A stretch of 40,136 nucleotides of DNA, from IMG/VR virus record IMGVR_UViG_3300020151_001402, positions 1 to 40,136 of that record. One strand, written 5' to 3'. The position numbers and the translations under genes were made by a program. This DNA is from a virus. Lineage: Duplodnaviria; Caudoviricetes. A model generated the notes under the pieces. That model searched no databases and was not told the origin of the DNA. It worked only from the letters and a program-made list of their open reading frames with translations. Of this stretch, positions 1-9,534 are shown one piece after another (the stretch's first letter is position 1; every line of letters starts with the position of its first letter).

Positions 1-120
1 CAAATCACCTTTAGCGTCAACGACACCTGCTGTGATAATGTTCTTTCCATTAACGGTCGCAGTTGATCCCTCAACTACAAGTCCCGCTTTTACTCTAAAG
101 TCTTTTGTTACTGTTGCCAT
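1..120 (-). CDS. 5' part of a probable virion/tail-associated protein (runs off the window)
   Basis: ATG at 120 preceded by AGGAGA. Reads MATVTKDFRVKAGLVVEGSTATVNGKNIITAGVVDAKGDL. The 'AKGDL' motif recurs in the tail-fibre-like ORF 15992-16861. Confidence 0.6.
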   Translation of the reverse strand, partial: MATVTKDFRVKAGLVVEGSTATVNGKNIITAGVVDAKGDL

Positions 121-135
121 TTTTTATCTCCTAGG

Positions 136-582
136 TTAGGCCTTTAATCCCATACGCATGTAGCGTAGAGTTATAGGTGTAATTCCCCCTACTGGAACTA
201 CAGTTAGTGAAACTGTGTCTCCAGCCCTTGAAACGGAGATGGTGCCAATATTCCCATCGTTTTCAATAGTTCCATATTCACTGATAGATACTCCTGTACC
301 ATCAATCAATATGTTTAGTTCTGTAGAGTAGTACTTATTTGCACCACCTGCTACATGCTTAATAGAAATCATATATTTCATTGATCTAAACTCTGATGCT
401 GAAAAGTTATCAAAAATAGTTGAGTTTTCAATACCATTAATTGTTAGTTCGTTATTACCATCTGAACCAAGATCTGTGGACCTAGCAGAAGCACTATCAA
501 TTAAATCTTCATAGTTTTCTTGGGTTGGTCGATCTCCAGTTTGGAACAAAGCCTTCACATTTGCAATAGATATTTTAGCCAT
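136..582 (-). CDS. probable virion structural protein
   Basis: 148 aa, beta-rich composition, among structural genes. Extended -10 (TGATATAAT) lies ~7 nt upstream, so probably leaderless. Confidence 0.55.
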   Translation of the reverse strand: MAKISIANVKALFQTGDRPTQENYEDLIDSASARSTDLGSDGNNELTINGIENSTIFDNFSASEFRSMKYMISIKHVAGGANKYYSTELNILIDGTGVSISEYGTIENDGNIGTISVSRAGDTVSLTVVPVGGITPITLRYMRMGLKA

Positions 583-601
583 ATGAGGATTATATCACAT
601 T

Positions 602-826
602 TTAAAGTATATAGTTACTGTAACCAATAATTTGTAAAGGAATTGGTGGAACAACTCCTGGTCCACCAGCGGGTATTCTAATTGCAGAAAACCTAACTCT
701 AAAAGGAAGGACTTCATTAATTGTTATACTACGAGTGCTTGTTCTGATTGATGTGTTGAGATAGTTTTCAAGTTCAATACGCTTAACAGTTCCTGGCTGT
801 TTTTTAGTTAAAGATACTGTAGCCAT
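602..826 (-). CDS. hypothetical protein (structural operon)
   Basis: 74 aa ORF whose start overlaps the upstream stop at 826 (translational coupling). Confidence 0.55.
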   Translation of the reverse strand: MATVSLTKKQPGTVKRIELENYLNTSIRTSTRSITINEVLPFRVRFSAIRIPAGGPGVVPPIPLQIIGYSNYIL

Positions 827-1242
827 TATGCTGTAACATCTTCAAGGACTGTCACCTTGCCTTGGGCAACTGTCCAAACAATAGAATCTGCAGGAAGAGA
901 AAGTTCAATATCAAAAATATCATTTGTTCGCAGTGCTGTTGTCTGTGTTGCTGTTAAGGAAACTGTAAACTCTCCGTCAGCATCATCAGCATCTGGGGCT
1001 GGAACAATTGTATACATTAGCGTTGCTGTATCTGTAATTTCTCCAGGGACAACTGGAGTTGTTGTAGGTCTTTTAATCTGCATAGATATTGTCCAGTCAG
1101 GGATGTTTAGTGGCTGTCTAGCGTCGTCTGTTACATATACCCGAAATGATGCTGTATCACCCTTAACAAATGTCCAATTAACAAATGGTGGTGCTTCGCC
1201 AATATCATATGTTCCAGTACTACTGCCTCTAAGTGTTGCCAT
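826..1242 (-). CDS. virion protein, BppU-N-like Ig-fold family
   Basis: Pattern 'WTFVKGDTASFRV...FDIEL...WTVAQGKVTVLEDVT' is shared with paralogues 17475-17831 and 18668-19069. Fold assignment is from memory of the family. Confidence 0.55.
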   Translation of the reverse strand: MATLRGSSTGTYDIGEAPPFVNWTFVKGDTASFRVYVTDDARQPLNIPDWTISMQIKRPTTTPVVPGEITDTATLMYTIVPAPDADDADGEFTVSLTATQTTALRTNDIFDIELSLPADSIVWTVAQGKVTVLEDVTA

Positions 1243-1763
1243 TATGCTAATCCCGCCTTTAGTGATCCCCAGGTACCGTTACCCTTTGGTTGCCCAACAA
1301 TTAATATTCCTGTTGAAGCATTTTTCTTTGCAACTATTGCCACTGCTCCTGAACCTGTAACAGGCTTTGTTGCAGTCAAACCTCCGCCAGTTCCAACATA
1401 CAAAATATTTCCTGCTTCATATGCATTTGTATTTATAGATTCTAATGTGCCAGAGGTAACTGCAAACCCTGATGCACCATTTGCAATTGCAGTTTGAGCC
1501 AAGCCAAGAACTGGAAATGTTGCTAGTGTTTCTGCTACAGACTTTGAAACAGTTGGTTTTGTTGTATATCCTGTTATGTATACTGGGTCACCCTTTGAAA
1601 TAGATGCTCCACTAGTATTGATAATTTCTACAGTTTGTGCAACAATTGATAATAAAACTAATTCTGTTCGTTCGGCTAATGCTTGAATATCCTCATGCAC
1701 ATTTACCTGATCAGCCATCAGGGGATAAGGAAGATTATAGGTAGAAGTTGAGCCAGTAGCCAT
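1242..1763 (-). CDS. virion decoration/fibre-like protein
   Basis: 'NTSGASISKGDPVYITG...LGLAQTAIANGASG...G.ILYV..GGGLTATKP' is typical of capsid decoration/fibre modules. Likely start MATGSTS at 1763. Confidence 0.55.
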   Translation of the reverse strand: MATGSTSTYNLPYPLMADQVNVHEDIQALAERTELVLLSIVAQTVEIINTSGASISKGDPVYITGYTTKPTVSKSVAETLATFPVLGLAQTAIANGASGFAVTSGTLESINTNAYEAGNILYVGTGGGLTATKPVTGSGAVAIVAKKNASTGILIVGQPKGNGTWGSLKAGLA

Positions 1764-1829
1764 AGTATTTACCATTATACCACTTCATAAAATTAATTTT
1801 TATAATATTTTATAAAAAATATCAAAAGT

Positions 1830-1859
1830 TTGACTTTGCAGGGAAAAACATGTTATACT
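1830..1859 (+). promoter_or_regulatory. sigma-A-type promoter for the lysozyme-like gene
   Basis: TTGACT-N18-TATACT, then a 5' hairpin TGCTACC-AACA-GGTAGCA (1867-1884) and an AGGAGG RBS. Confidence 0.6.
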
Positions 1860-1907
1860 TGGTTTATGCTACCAACAGGTAGCAATTGTACTCTAGGAGG
1901 TATTATT

Positions 1908-2453
1908 ATGAGAAGAGACAAAATGGCTTGGATTGGAATCCTGTCTTTAGTTGGAGTTATTACGCCAGTAAGCAACTCTGCTAATGCCGAAACTACTAAA
2001 AATAATTTACTAACGAAACAGGCTCAAAGCCTTGATGCCACCCCAAAGGTGGCTTTTGTTGTTTCTAAAGCAAAAATGTTAGAAAAGTATGAGAATAAAA
2101 CACATCTTACAGATAGAGAATTAAAAGAACTTCTTAGTCTAGTTGGCTTTAAGGGCAAGGACCTAGTTGTTGCTTGGGCAGTTGCTAAGAAGGAGTCTAA
2201 TGGGCGACCACTGGCTTTTAATGGCAATCACAAGACTGGTGACTCATCCTATGGAATGTTCCAAATTAATATGATTGATCAACTGGGTCCAGACCGTAGA
2301 AAGAAGTTTGATCTTGAGTCTAATGCTGAGTTGTTTAATCCCGTAAAAAATGCTGAGATTGCTCACTACATGTCCCAAGGTGGAGATGATTGGTCTTCTT
2401 GGAAGGGCATTACTCCAAGAACTAAGTTTTGGATGAGCAAGTTTCCAGACTAA
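1908..2453 (+). CDS. secreted lysozyme-like / lytic transglycosylase-domain protein
   Basis: N-terminal hydrophobic signal segment. Catalytic-type 'AVAKKESNG' and 'SYGMFQINM' motifs, 'NPVKNA', 'WSSW'. AGGAGG precedes ATG 1908. Confidence 0.8.
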   Translation: MRRDKMAWIGILSLVGVITPVSNSANAETTKNNLLTKQAQSLDATPKVAFVVSKAKMLEKYENKTHLTDRELKELLSLVGFKGKDLVVAWAVAKKESNGRPLAFNGNHKTGDSSYGMFQINMIDQLGPDRRKKFDLESNAELFNPVKNAEIAHYMSQGGDDWSSWKGITPRTKFWMSKFPD

Positions 2454-3166
2454 GTTTCTAGATTATAAAATATATCTTTAGTCTCATATATTTCAGAATC
2501 TATACTGCTTATTGAATAAATGTAATTTTTTTCTTTATCTGTTAATTCGTTATATATAAATTCAGATTCTAAACTTCTATAATGTTCACGATTATAAAGA
2601 TTTTGTTTTATATTATCATGATTAATGTTTAAATCAAATAAAATCTTTTTTTGTATTTTATCAATATTGTTTTCTGATAAATCTTCTGGTTTAAGTATTA
2701 AAGATATTTTATTTATTCTATTAAATACATCTTCTTTTGTAAATGAATTCATTTTTGAAAAAGTTAAATAAAAAGATTCTTCTTTTTTAATTGTTGTGCT
2801 TATAATATTTTTAGATTGATAATTTCTTAATGTTTTTTTATTTTTTTCAAACCATAAAAAAAAATCTTTTTTAGTTATTCCAGATATAGGAGAATTTATT
2901 TTTTGACCATTACTGTCTGTGGTAACTCCATGAACATATAAACTTATTACTTGCTTACAAGGATCTCTAAATAATGTTGTTATATATGTTAAATTATCTA
3001 AATCATCTCTCCATTGAGAATGATCGCCTGAATTAATTCTATTATCTAAATATTCAATATTTGAATCTTTTAATATTTTTTTTAATGGCAATAAAAAGTT
3101 ATAAACATATAAACGACCAGCAGTTTTTTGAATATGTAAAAAATAGAAACTATTAAAAGTATTCAT
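2450..3166 (-). CDS. sulfotransferase-family protein
   Basis: 'FLHIQKTAG' (5'-PSB-like) and 'LFRDP...IS.Y' (3'-PB-like) motifs. Confidence 0.7.
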   Translation of the reverse strand: MNTFNSFYFLHIQKTAGRLYVYNFLLPLKKILKDSNIEYLDNRINSGDHSQWRDDLDNLTYITTLFRDPCKQVISLYVHGVTTDSNGQKINSPISGITKKDFFLWFEKNKKTLRNYQSKNIISTTIKKEESFYLTFSKMNSFTKEDVFNRINKISLILKPEDLSENNIDKIQKKILFDLNINHDNIKQNLYNREHYRSLESEFIYNELTDKEKNYIYSISSIDSEIYETKDIFYNLET

Positions 3167-3183
3167 TTTATTTTTATATTATA

Positions 3184-3852
3184 TCATGCAAATTTACTGC
3201 TAAAAATATGATTAAGTTCTATATGGTTTATATTCATATGAAAAGGTAGCGAACCTATCCAAAAAATTGTGTTTGCCATATCTTCTGCAGTCAATGCATT
3301 ATCCTTTTTTTCTACTTGAGTATCTATTGTTCCTGGACAGATTTCACTCACTTTAATTCCATACTCTGGAAACTCCATTCTCATTGTATCTATTAAGGCC
3401 ATTTCTCCTCTTTTTGCATTGCTATAATTTCCACCACCTCTAAAAGGAATCTTGCCACAAAGTGATGTTATAAATATAATTGTAGGCGATTCAGATTTTT
3501 TTAGACATGGGACAAAAAGTTGTGACAGATACATTGGTCCAGAAACATTAATATCGTAAGCCCTTCTAAAGTTATCCATTGTTTCATTGATAATCTGTGT
3601 TGGACTAGATCCTCCGCCAGCATTATTAACAAGAAGGTCTAGGGTAATATCCTTATATACTTCATAAAATTTTTTAATTTCACTAGATTGCGTAATGTCC
3701 ATCTGGTAAACTTCTACATTTTTTGAAACTAGTTTAGAGACTTTAGATAAATTTCTTGATACAGCAATAACTTTATATCCATTTTCAGATAAAAGTTTTA
3801 CGGTTGCATAGCCAACACCTTTGCTTGCCCCTGTAACAATTGCTGTTTTCAT
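3184..3852 (-). CDS. short-chain dehydrogenase/reductase (YdfG-like, NADP-type)
   Basis: TGASKGVG glycine motif, NNAG and YSNAK catalytic motif. Confidence 0.9.
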   Translation of the reverse strand: MKTAIVTGASKGVGYATVKLLSENGYKVIAVSRNLSKVSKLVSKNVEVYQMDITQSSEIKKFYEVYKDITLDLLVNNAGGGSSPTQIINETMDNFRRAYDINVSGPMYLSQLFVPCLKKSESPTIIFITSLCGKIPFRGGGNYSNAKRGEMALIDTMRMEFPEYGIKVSEICPGTIDTQVEKKDNALTAEDMANTIFWIGSLPFHMNINHIELNHIFSSKFA

Positions 3853-4562
3853 TAATAGTTTTCTTTATTTTTATTAAATTCTAAATGATTATGTATCCAA
3901 TGTCCTGGAACCATGTATTTAAAACCAGTTTTTACTAGATGTGCAGTATGATGATATGGCGCAGAAGAAGGAAAGATAATGATGCTTCCTGCTTTGGGTT
4001 TAACAGCAAAGTCTATGCTATCGCCTTTTATTGCTTTTTCATAATCTGCATGAGGCGTAAGTCTCTTTTTATTTAAAATGCCATCATAATCTGACAAAGT
4101 AAATGATATTTCTCCACCATCAAAATCATCATTTAGATACATAACTAAAGAATATCTTAAAGTTTTGTCTCCATCTAGTTGATCAAAATGTGCTCCCATT
4201 GAAGAGCCAACTTTATATTTTTTAATATTAAAAGTTGGAAAAAGATTTGGTGTATCAGGATCACCTAAAGAAGAAGCATAGTCTTTACATACATCATAAA
4301 AAGAATCTTGGATGGTATTGTAAATAAAAGCCATTTTTGTTTTAAAAGGCTCTTCCATTTGTTTAATTTTTTCTATATCAAAACTTTTAGTAGAACCATA
4401 TATAAAACTTTTATCGTTGGAAGAGGTCCAGTTAGTCCAAGAAGAGTCTCCGCTAATTGCTTCTAGCATATCCAACTCATCAATGGTTTGCATTAACTTG
4501 TCAAAGTATTTTACCCCATCTTCATAGTAATAAACTTTTTCTTCTAGTATTTGCTTATTCAT
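3852..4562 (-). CDS. 2OG-Fe(II) oxygenase, prolyl-4-hydroxylase-like
   Basis: HFD...YLNDDFDGGE...H..HLV..GFKY. Confidence 0.85.
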   Translation of the reverse strand: MNKQILEEKVYYYEDGVKYFDKLMQTIDELDMLEAISGDSSWTNWTSSNDKSFIYGSTKSFDIEKIKQMEEPFKTKMAFIYNTIQDSFYDVCKDYASSLGDPDTPNLFPTFNIKKYKVGSSMGAHFDQLDGDKTLRYSLVMYLNDDFDGGEISFTLSDYDGILNKKRLTPHADYEKAIKGDSIDFAVKPKAGSIIIFPSSAPYHHTAHLVKTGFKYMVPGHWIHNHLEFNKNKENY

Positions 4563-4574
4563 TTTTATCCTTTT

Positions 4575-5234
4575 CTAGTAATTGTTATTTTTATAAAAAT
4601 CTTTTGTTTTTACAAAACCAACTATAACATACCTTATTGGTCCTGGGCCTACTGCCCTAACTCCATGCTCAAACTCAGCCGTCCCTGGGAAAACAACTAA
4701 GGATCCTGCCTCAGGCTTTAGTTCTAAGTCTTTATTTACAAAAAATAGTTCTCCATTAGAATACTCATCATTTAAATAAATGATTGTAGCAAATTCAATT
4801 GCTGGATCTGTATGCTGGTCAGTGTGAGCCTTTAGTTCTACGCCTTCTTGCATTCTTTGAAGAGTTTTTGCTGATGCAAATTGACTATCTGGTTTTGCAG
4901 TTAGTAGTATTTTTTGTAGTCTTTGATTGATTTTATCACTTATTGGATATTTTATTAAACTAAGATTTTTGTCTTGCCATCCTTTAGTAATTTCAAACTT
5001 ACCCTCTTTTACTAAATTTTCAACATCATCTCTTTTAAATTTTTCCATGCAAAATCGTTTTAGGTTTGTTGTATATTCTATTAGCCAATCCTCTTCTGGC
5101 GTTAAATTAATAATATCAAACAATTGTGATAATTCTTCTTTAGAGAGAAAATTATTTACTACTATAACATCATCAATAATTTCATTGACAATAAAGTTTT
5201 TATCTTCAAATATTTGCTTAAGTTGTTTTATCAT
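4575..5234 (-). CDS. 2OG-Fe(II) oxygenase, prolyl-4-hydroxylase-like
   Basis: HTD...YLNDEYSNGE...HGVRAV..GPIRY. Confidence 0.85.
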   Translation of the reverse strand: MIKQLKQIFEDKNFIVNEIIDDVIVVNNFLSKEELSQLFDIINLTPEEDWLIEYTTNLKRFCMEKFKRDDVENLVKEGKFEITKGWQDKNLSLIKYPISDKINQRLQKILLTAKPDSQFASAKTLQRMQEGVELKAHTDQHTDPAIEFATIIYLNDEYSNGELFFVNKDLELKPEAGSLVVFPGTAEFEHGVRAVGPGPIRYVIVGFVKTKDFYKNNNY

Positions 5235-5998
5235 TTTTTCTCTTCTTCTATTTTGTACTTAACACCCATTTTATTAATCTTATATCCTTGCTTTAATAAA
5301 TTCTGCCACTCTTCTTTTTCAATTTTTTGCTTATCTCTAATTGCTTGCATTTCTTCTTTCCACTGGTCTCTTAATTCTTGTGGGTAATCTGATTCTTCTC
5401 TATCATCCCAGAAAGATCCTATTGTGTATCTAACACCTTTAGTTATGAGAGTTACCTCATGCATGTTATTAAATCCCCCATCAAATACAGCAAGCATTCC
5501 TATTTGTGGTTTAATTTCTATATTTTGTTTTGGAAATTTAAGAAGTCCACCTTCAAAGTCATCGTTTAGATATAGAAATCCAGCATATCTGCTTCTTGTA
5601 AATGCTCCAGATTTTCCGTGTTCATCTGTGTTGTCAGAATGTAATCTTGCAAAGGCTCCTGGCTCCCACTTTTGTGTATGGTATCCAATTTTAGAAATTA
5701 TGTCTGGGTCAAGATCATGGACTGAGGCAATTGCTTCTGGCATTTTATTTTCAATATCTGAAAAAATAGTTGGAGGTAGTCCTGCATCAATAATTTCTTG
5801 ATCTTTGTCTTTTGGAAGTACAGAAGAATATGACTCATAAAAAGATATAGGCATCCAAGACATTTTTCCATTTTCTGCTTGTGCATCTAATGCCTGAATC
5901 ATTTTGGCACAGGTTTCATTATCAATAAAGTTTTCATAAACAACTATGTCTTTTGTTATTCTTTTTTTATTGTTTAAATTCATTTTATTTTTTCCCAT
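5231..5998 (-). CDS. 2OG-Fe(II) oxygenase, prolyl-4-hydroxylase-like
   Basis: HSD...YLNDDFEGG...HEVTLITKGVRY. Confidence 0.85.
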   Translation of the reverse strand: MGKNKMNLNNKKRITKDIVVYENFIDNETCAKMIQALDAQAENGKMSWMPISFYESYSSVLPKDKDQEIIDAGLPPTIFSDIENKMPEAIASVHDLDPDIISKIGYHTQKWEPGAFARLHSDNTDEHGKSGAFTRSRYAGFLYLNDDFEGGLLKFPKQNIEIKPQIGMLAVFDGGFNNMHEVTLITKGVRYTIGSFWDDREESDYPQELRDQWKEEMQAIRDKQKIEKEEWQNLLKQGYKINKMGVKYKIEEEKK

Positions 5999-6704
5999 CT
6001 AAAAGAATTCTATAGTATTTTTCATTAGAATCTGGTTGTCTAGTTCCTGTATGCTTTAAAATTTTCCAGAAAAATGGACAAGTATATCTAATGCCATTTT
6101 TAATTTCAGTTACTCCATGAACATAGTTCATATCTCCTGGGAAGAAATAGGCAGCACCTCTTTTGGGCTTAAACTGAATATCTTGTAATGGAAAATATAG
6201 TTCTCCACCCTCATAATCATCATTTAGATAAAACAAACTTGCAATGTCATAATATGGAAAATCGTTTGGAGTTCCCGCATCATTGCCTTCATGTAACTCT
6301 TTATCTGCATGCGGATTTTGAAATTGGCCTGGAAGCCATCTAACAATTGTCTCTCCTGTAGGAGAAATGCTAACATCAAAAAAGTTTTCAATAATAGGCT
6401 TTAGTCTTTCATATAATCCTCTAATCACTGAACTTATCTCAGAATTATTTTTATCTAAAGATCTGGTTGTTGCAACCCTATCTTTCCAGTATTCGGAATC
6501 ATATGTGACTGTTCCATTTTCATTCATATGGCTTTCTGTTACATCCCAAATTGTAATATTTTTAGCAGCATTTTCTAGGAAATTTATCTCATCCTCAGTC
6601 ATAAAATTTTCAATCTCAACAATATTTTCTTTTCCAAAACCAAAAAACCCCGATGGAGTTTCGGAAGATGTTCTTTGAACTACTTTTACATTCTCTATAG
6701 ACAT
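5985..6704 (-). CDS. 2OG-Fe(II) oxygenase, prolyl-4-hydroxylase-like
   Basis: HAD...YLNDDYEGGE...HGVTEIKNGIRY. Has its own leaderless extended -10 (TGATACAAT) 6 nt upstream. Confidence 0.85.
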   Translation of the reverse strand: MSIENVKVVQRTSSETPSGFFGFGKENIVEIENFMTEDEINFLENAAKNITIWDVTESHMNENGTVTYDSEYWKDRVATTRSLDKNNSEISSVIRGLYERLKPIIENFFDVSISPTGETIVRWLPGQFQNPHADKELHEGNDAGTPNDFPYYDIASLFYLNDDYEGGELYFPLQDIQFKPKRGAAYFFPGDMNYVHGVTEIKNGIRYTCPFFWKILKHTGTRQPDSNEKYYRILLDGKK

Positions 6705-6716
6705 ATTATTATTGTA

Positions 6717-7424
6717 TCACTCTCTTTGATCTTTTACTATAAAGTTTAAAACCTTTGCTTCGTGACTACCTATTTTTTCATTTTTTTCATTAACAGCATT
6801 TCTATAAAAATCTGCCCACTTACCAGATTTGCTTATCTCAGCAGAGGCTGCTCCATATGACTGTATCGCATTTCTTCTTTTGTGATCTGGGTCACTATAG
6901 TCTATAAGTTCTATAGTGGAGTTATTCATCATTGTTAATGATAAAGGAATTAATGTTGCAACTGGATCCCCCGCTTTAATAGTAATTTCTTTATTTGGAA
7001 CTTTTGCTCTAATAGCAAGTGGCAATGGAAAGTCAAAAAAAGAAGTGCTTATTACAGAAGATATAGTTTCAAAATCAGCATTAAAGTAGTTAACTGGATT
7101 AATTGCAAACATACTAATGTTTTCATCAGTACGAAATGTTAATTCAGTATAAAAACTAACACTGGCTTGACCTCTACCAGTATAACAAAAATCTTTTCCT
7201 TTTAATACCTCTACAGTTGTGTCTGTCGTATCTACGGTGCCATTCCAAATAAAACTTATGTCCTCAGTAAATGATATATTCCACCCAATAGTATTAGCCT
7301 GTGTAACTGGGAAACACCTATATGCATGTTTTTCTGCTGTTACATCAGCCCAATCTCTTTTAATGGATGTTGGAGAAAGAACTGCCTTTGATTGCTGCCC
7401 CTGCTCTACTTTAATGTTAATCAT
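6717..7424 (-). CDS. DUF6065-like protein
   Basis: 'RDWAD....HAYRCFPVTQANTIGW' N-terminal motif, recognised from memory of the family. Confidence 0.6.
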   Translation of the reverse strand: MINIKVEQGQQSKAVLSPTSIKRDWADVTAEKHAYRCFPVTQANTIGWNISFTEDISFIWNGTVDTTDTTVEVLKGKDFCYTGRGQASVSFYTELTFRTDENISMFAINPVNYFNADFETISSVISTSFFDFPLPLAIRAKVPNKEITIKAGDPVATLIPLSLTMMNNSTIELIDYSDPDHKRRNAIQSYGAASAEISKSGKWADFYRNAVNEKNEKIGSHEAKVLNFIVKDQRE

Positions 7425-7451
7425 ATTTTGAGTCCCTATATTTACAATAAC

Positions 7452-8141
7452 TTAATGATCTTCGTGACTACGGTCTGTGTAATCTGTCATAATAACTACG
7501 GCATACTTAGTTCCTGAAAAAATTTCAAGAGATGAATGTTCGTAGACAAAATTAGACGGGCATATAATAATATCTCCAGCATCTGGCTTAACAGTTAAAC
7601 CATGTCTTGTAAACTGAATTTCTCCACCCTCATAGTCATCATTAAGATAGGCTACTGCTGAAATTGTGCAATTGTAGTATGGTCCATGATCAGCATGAAC
7701 CTTAAAATATTCTCCTGGCATATATTTTACAAAGTTAAAGGCTTCTTTATAGTTCATTTTTAAATTCCATTTGCTTTCATAATGATTTAAGCAAATATCT
7801 AGACTTTTATCTACACTATCATGTATATCAGAAAGTCCCTGATTAAAAGGAATATGTACACCCAAATTCTTTTTCTTATACTTTAAGTCAAAACAATTTC
7901 TGACTTCTTGGACTTCTTCTTTTCCATTAACATGTGCTCCATGCCAAGAAATTTCTGGGATACCCAAAGAAATCTCATGCTCTAGGGTATTTATAATTTT
8001 TAGACATTCGTCTTTTTTGATAGCATTTTTATAAAGGTTAATGCCGTAATCCAAATTAATGACAGTAACACCGTCTTGAATTAATTCATCTTGCAATCTT
8101 TTTGTAGTTGTTTCTTCTCTTGGAAGTTGTGTCCAATTCAT
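7452..8141 (-). CDS. 2OG-Fe(II) oxygenase, prolyl-4-hydroxylase-like
   Basis: HAD...YLNDDYEGGE...HSSLEIFSGTKY. Confidence 0.85.
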   Translation of the reverse strand: MNWTQLPREETTTKRLQDELIQDGVTVINLDYGINLYKNAIKKDECLKIINTLEHEISLGIPEISWHGAHVNGKEEVQEVRNCFDLKYKKKNLGVHIPFNQGLSDIHDSVDKSLDICLNHYESKWNLKMNYKEAFNFVKYMPGEYFKVHADHGPYYNCTISAVAYLNDDYEGGEIQFTRHGLTVKPDAGDIIICPSNFVYEHSSLEIFSGTKYAVVIMTDYTDRSHEDH

Positions 8142-8869
8142 TATTCATATCTCCTTGGTTGCCATACTTTATTTTTATATATTCCGCCATCGGGAACACG
8201 ATATTTGGCAGAGTTTTCTATATTTTTTTTATGCATATTCATCCCATCCTCAATCCTTACTTCAGACTCCCAGTCTTCTCTTTTAAATGGTAGCATCTGT
8301 GCATAAGGTGTTCCTGCTGGAATAACCCCTTCAAAACCCTTGATTAAAAAGAATGGCATAGATCCTGGCAGTTTAACATTATCGTTATCAATTATACCAG
8401 AGGTAGTCAAAAATGGTAATTCAAAGCGATTAAAAGGTTGAGAATAAAGAACGCTATACCCCTTTGGAGTTTCTACTGCCCAATCTGGAAACCAAGCAAA
8501 GTGATTTGTATAATATCCCTGAGGATGTTCAAATTGAGGCATTCCTCCTCTTGGGGTACAAAAATCTTTATACTTTTCATCTTCTATTATTGCAGAAACA
8601 GTGTATTCATCTTGTTTAACAAATTTAATATCACAAGGTGTTTTTAGTGTGTAGCCTGTGCCCATAATATCAAATATTGCTGGACATGCTTTCCAAGTTG
8701 GAACTTTGCCCCCATCTGGACCTTTCCAAAATTCACCCTCTGGATTTTTAGCAAATCTATCTGCTTTTCTATACCATTCTGGAATTGTTTTAATGATTGG
8801 TAAAGGTCTAGAATTGCTTTCTTCTGTTAACCAAGGTCTATTAGAAACAAAAGATATTATATTTTTCAT
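8141..8869 (-). CDS. phage hypothetical protein, distantly DUF6065-like
   Basis: 'IPEWYRK...TWKACPAIFDIMGTGY...SGIIDND...IPAGTPYAQMLPFKRE'. Same C-P and G-x-P layout as 6717-7424. Confidence 0.55.
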   Translation of the reverse strand: MKNIISFVSNRPWLTEESNSRPLPIIKTIPEWYRKADRFAKNPEGEFWKGPDGGKVPTWKACPAIFDIMGTGYTLKTPCDIKFVKQDEYTVSAIIEDEKYKDFCTPRGGMPQFEHPQGYYTNHFAWFPDWAVETPKGYSVLYSQPFNRFELPFLTTSGIIDNDNVKLPGSMPFFLIKGFEGVIPAGTPYAQMLPFKREDWESEVRIEDGMNMHKKNIENSAKYRVPDGGIYKNKVWQPRRYE

Positions 8870-9525
8870 GACCCTGTTTCTGCGTAAAATTCTGGTTTAT
8901 GATACTTATCACTATAGTCAAGCATGGTAACCAAAGAGTATTTTGTTCCAGACTCTACTGGCATTGCTCTATGTGGATACATATAGTTTGACGGGAAGAT
9001 TACTACATCCCCAGCCTTTGGGGTATACATAATATCCTGCTGGCTAAAATGTAAGCCACCACCTTCGTAGTCGTCATTTAGATAGGCAACTAGAGATACG
9101 GTACAGTTATAAGAAAATCCATGATCATGATGATATTGGAAGTGTTGTCCTTTTTCATATCTGATAAAGTTAAATGCTTCCCAATATCTTAGTTCATAAA
9201 TATTAAAAACTCCACAATAATGTTCTACAGCAAGTTTTTGTTTTTCATAGCAATCATCCCAAACTTTTCCTAATTCAATAGATTCTTTTGAACCATCATT
9301 ATTAAGTTCATTTCTTTTATATTTAAAATCTACACAATCTCTATAATCAGGCATTAACTGCTGATATCCAACATATGCAGGTTGCCACTGATATGCAGGA
9401 TTATTTTTTAAAGAAGACTCCACTCTTTCTGGAATATTTAGTTCTCTTGGAAGAACATTGCTATAAACATATATTCCATTTCCCAAGTCTTTAAAAGTTA
9501 TACCGCTTTGTTCTAACATGTTCAT
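8866..9525 (-). CDS. 2OG-Fe(II) oxygenase, prolyl-4-hydroxylase-like
   Basis: HHD...YLNDDYEGG...HRAMPVESGTKY. Close paralogue of 7452-8141 (EAFNF..Y, YNCT.S.VAYLNDDYEGG). Confidence 0.85.
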   Translation of the reverse strand: MNMLEQSGITFKDLGNGIYVYSNVLPRELNIPERVESSLKNNPAYQWQPAYVGYQQLMPDYRDCVDFKYKRNELNNDGSKESIELGKVWDDCYEKQKLAVEHYCGVFNIYELRYWEAFNFIRYEKGQHFQYHHDHGFSYNCTVSLVAYLNDDYEGGGLHFSQQDIMYTPKAGDVVIFPSNYMYPHRAMPVESGTKYSLVTMLDYSDKYHKPEFYAETGS

Positions 9526-9534
9526 ATCTATCTC

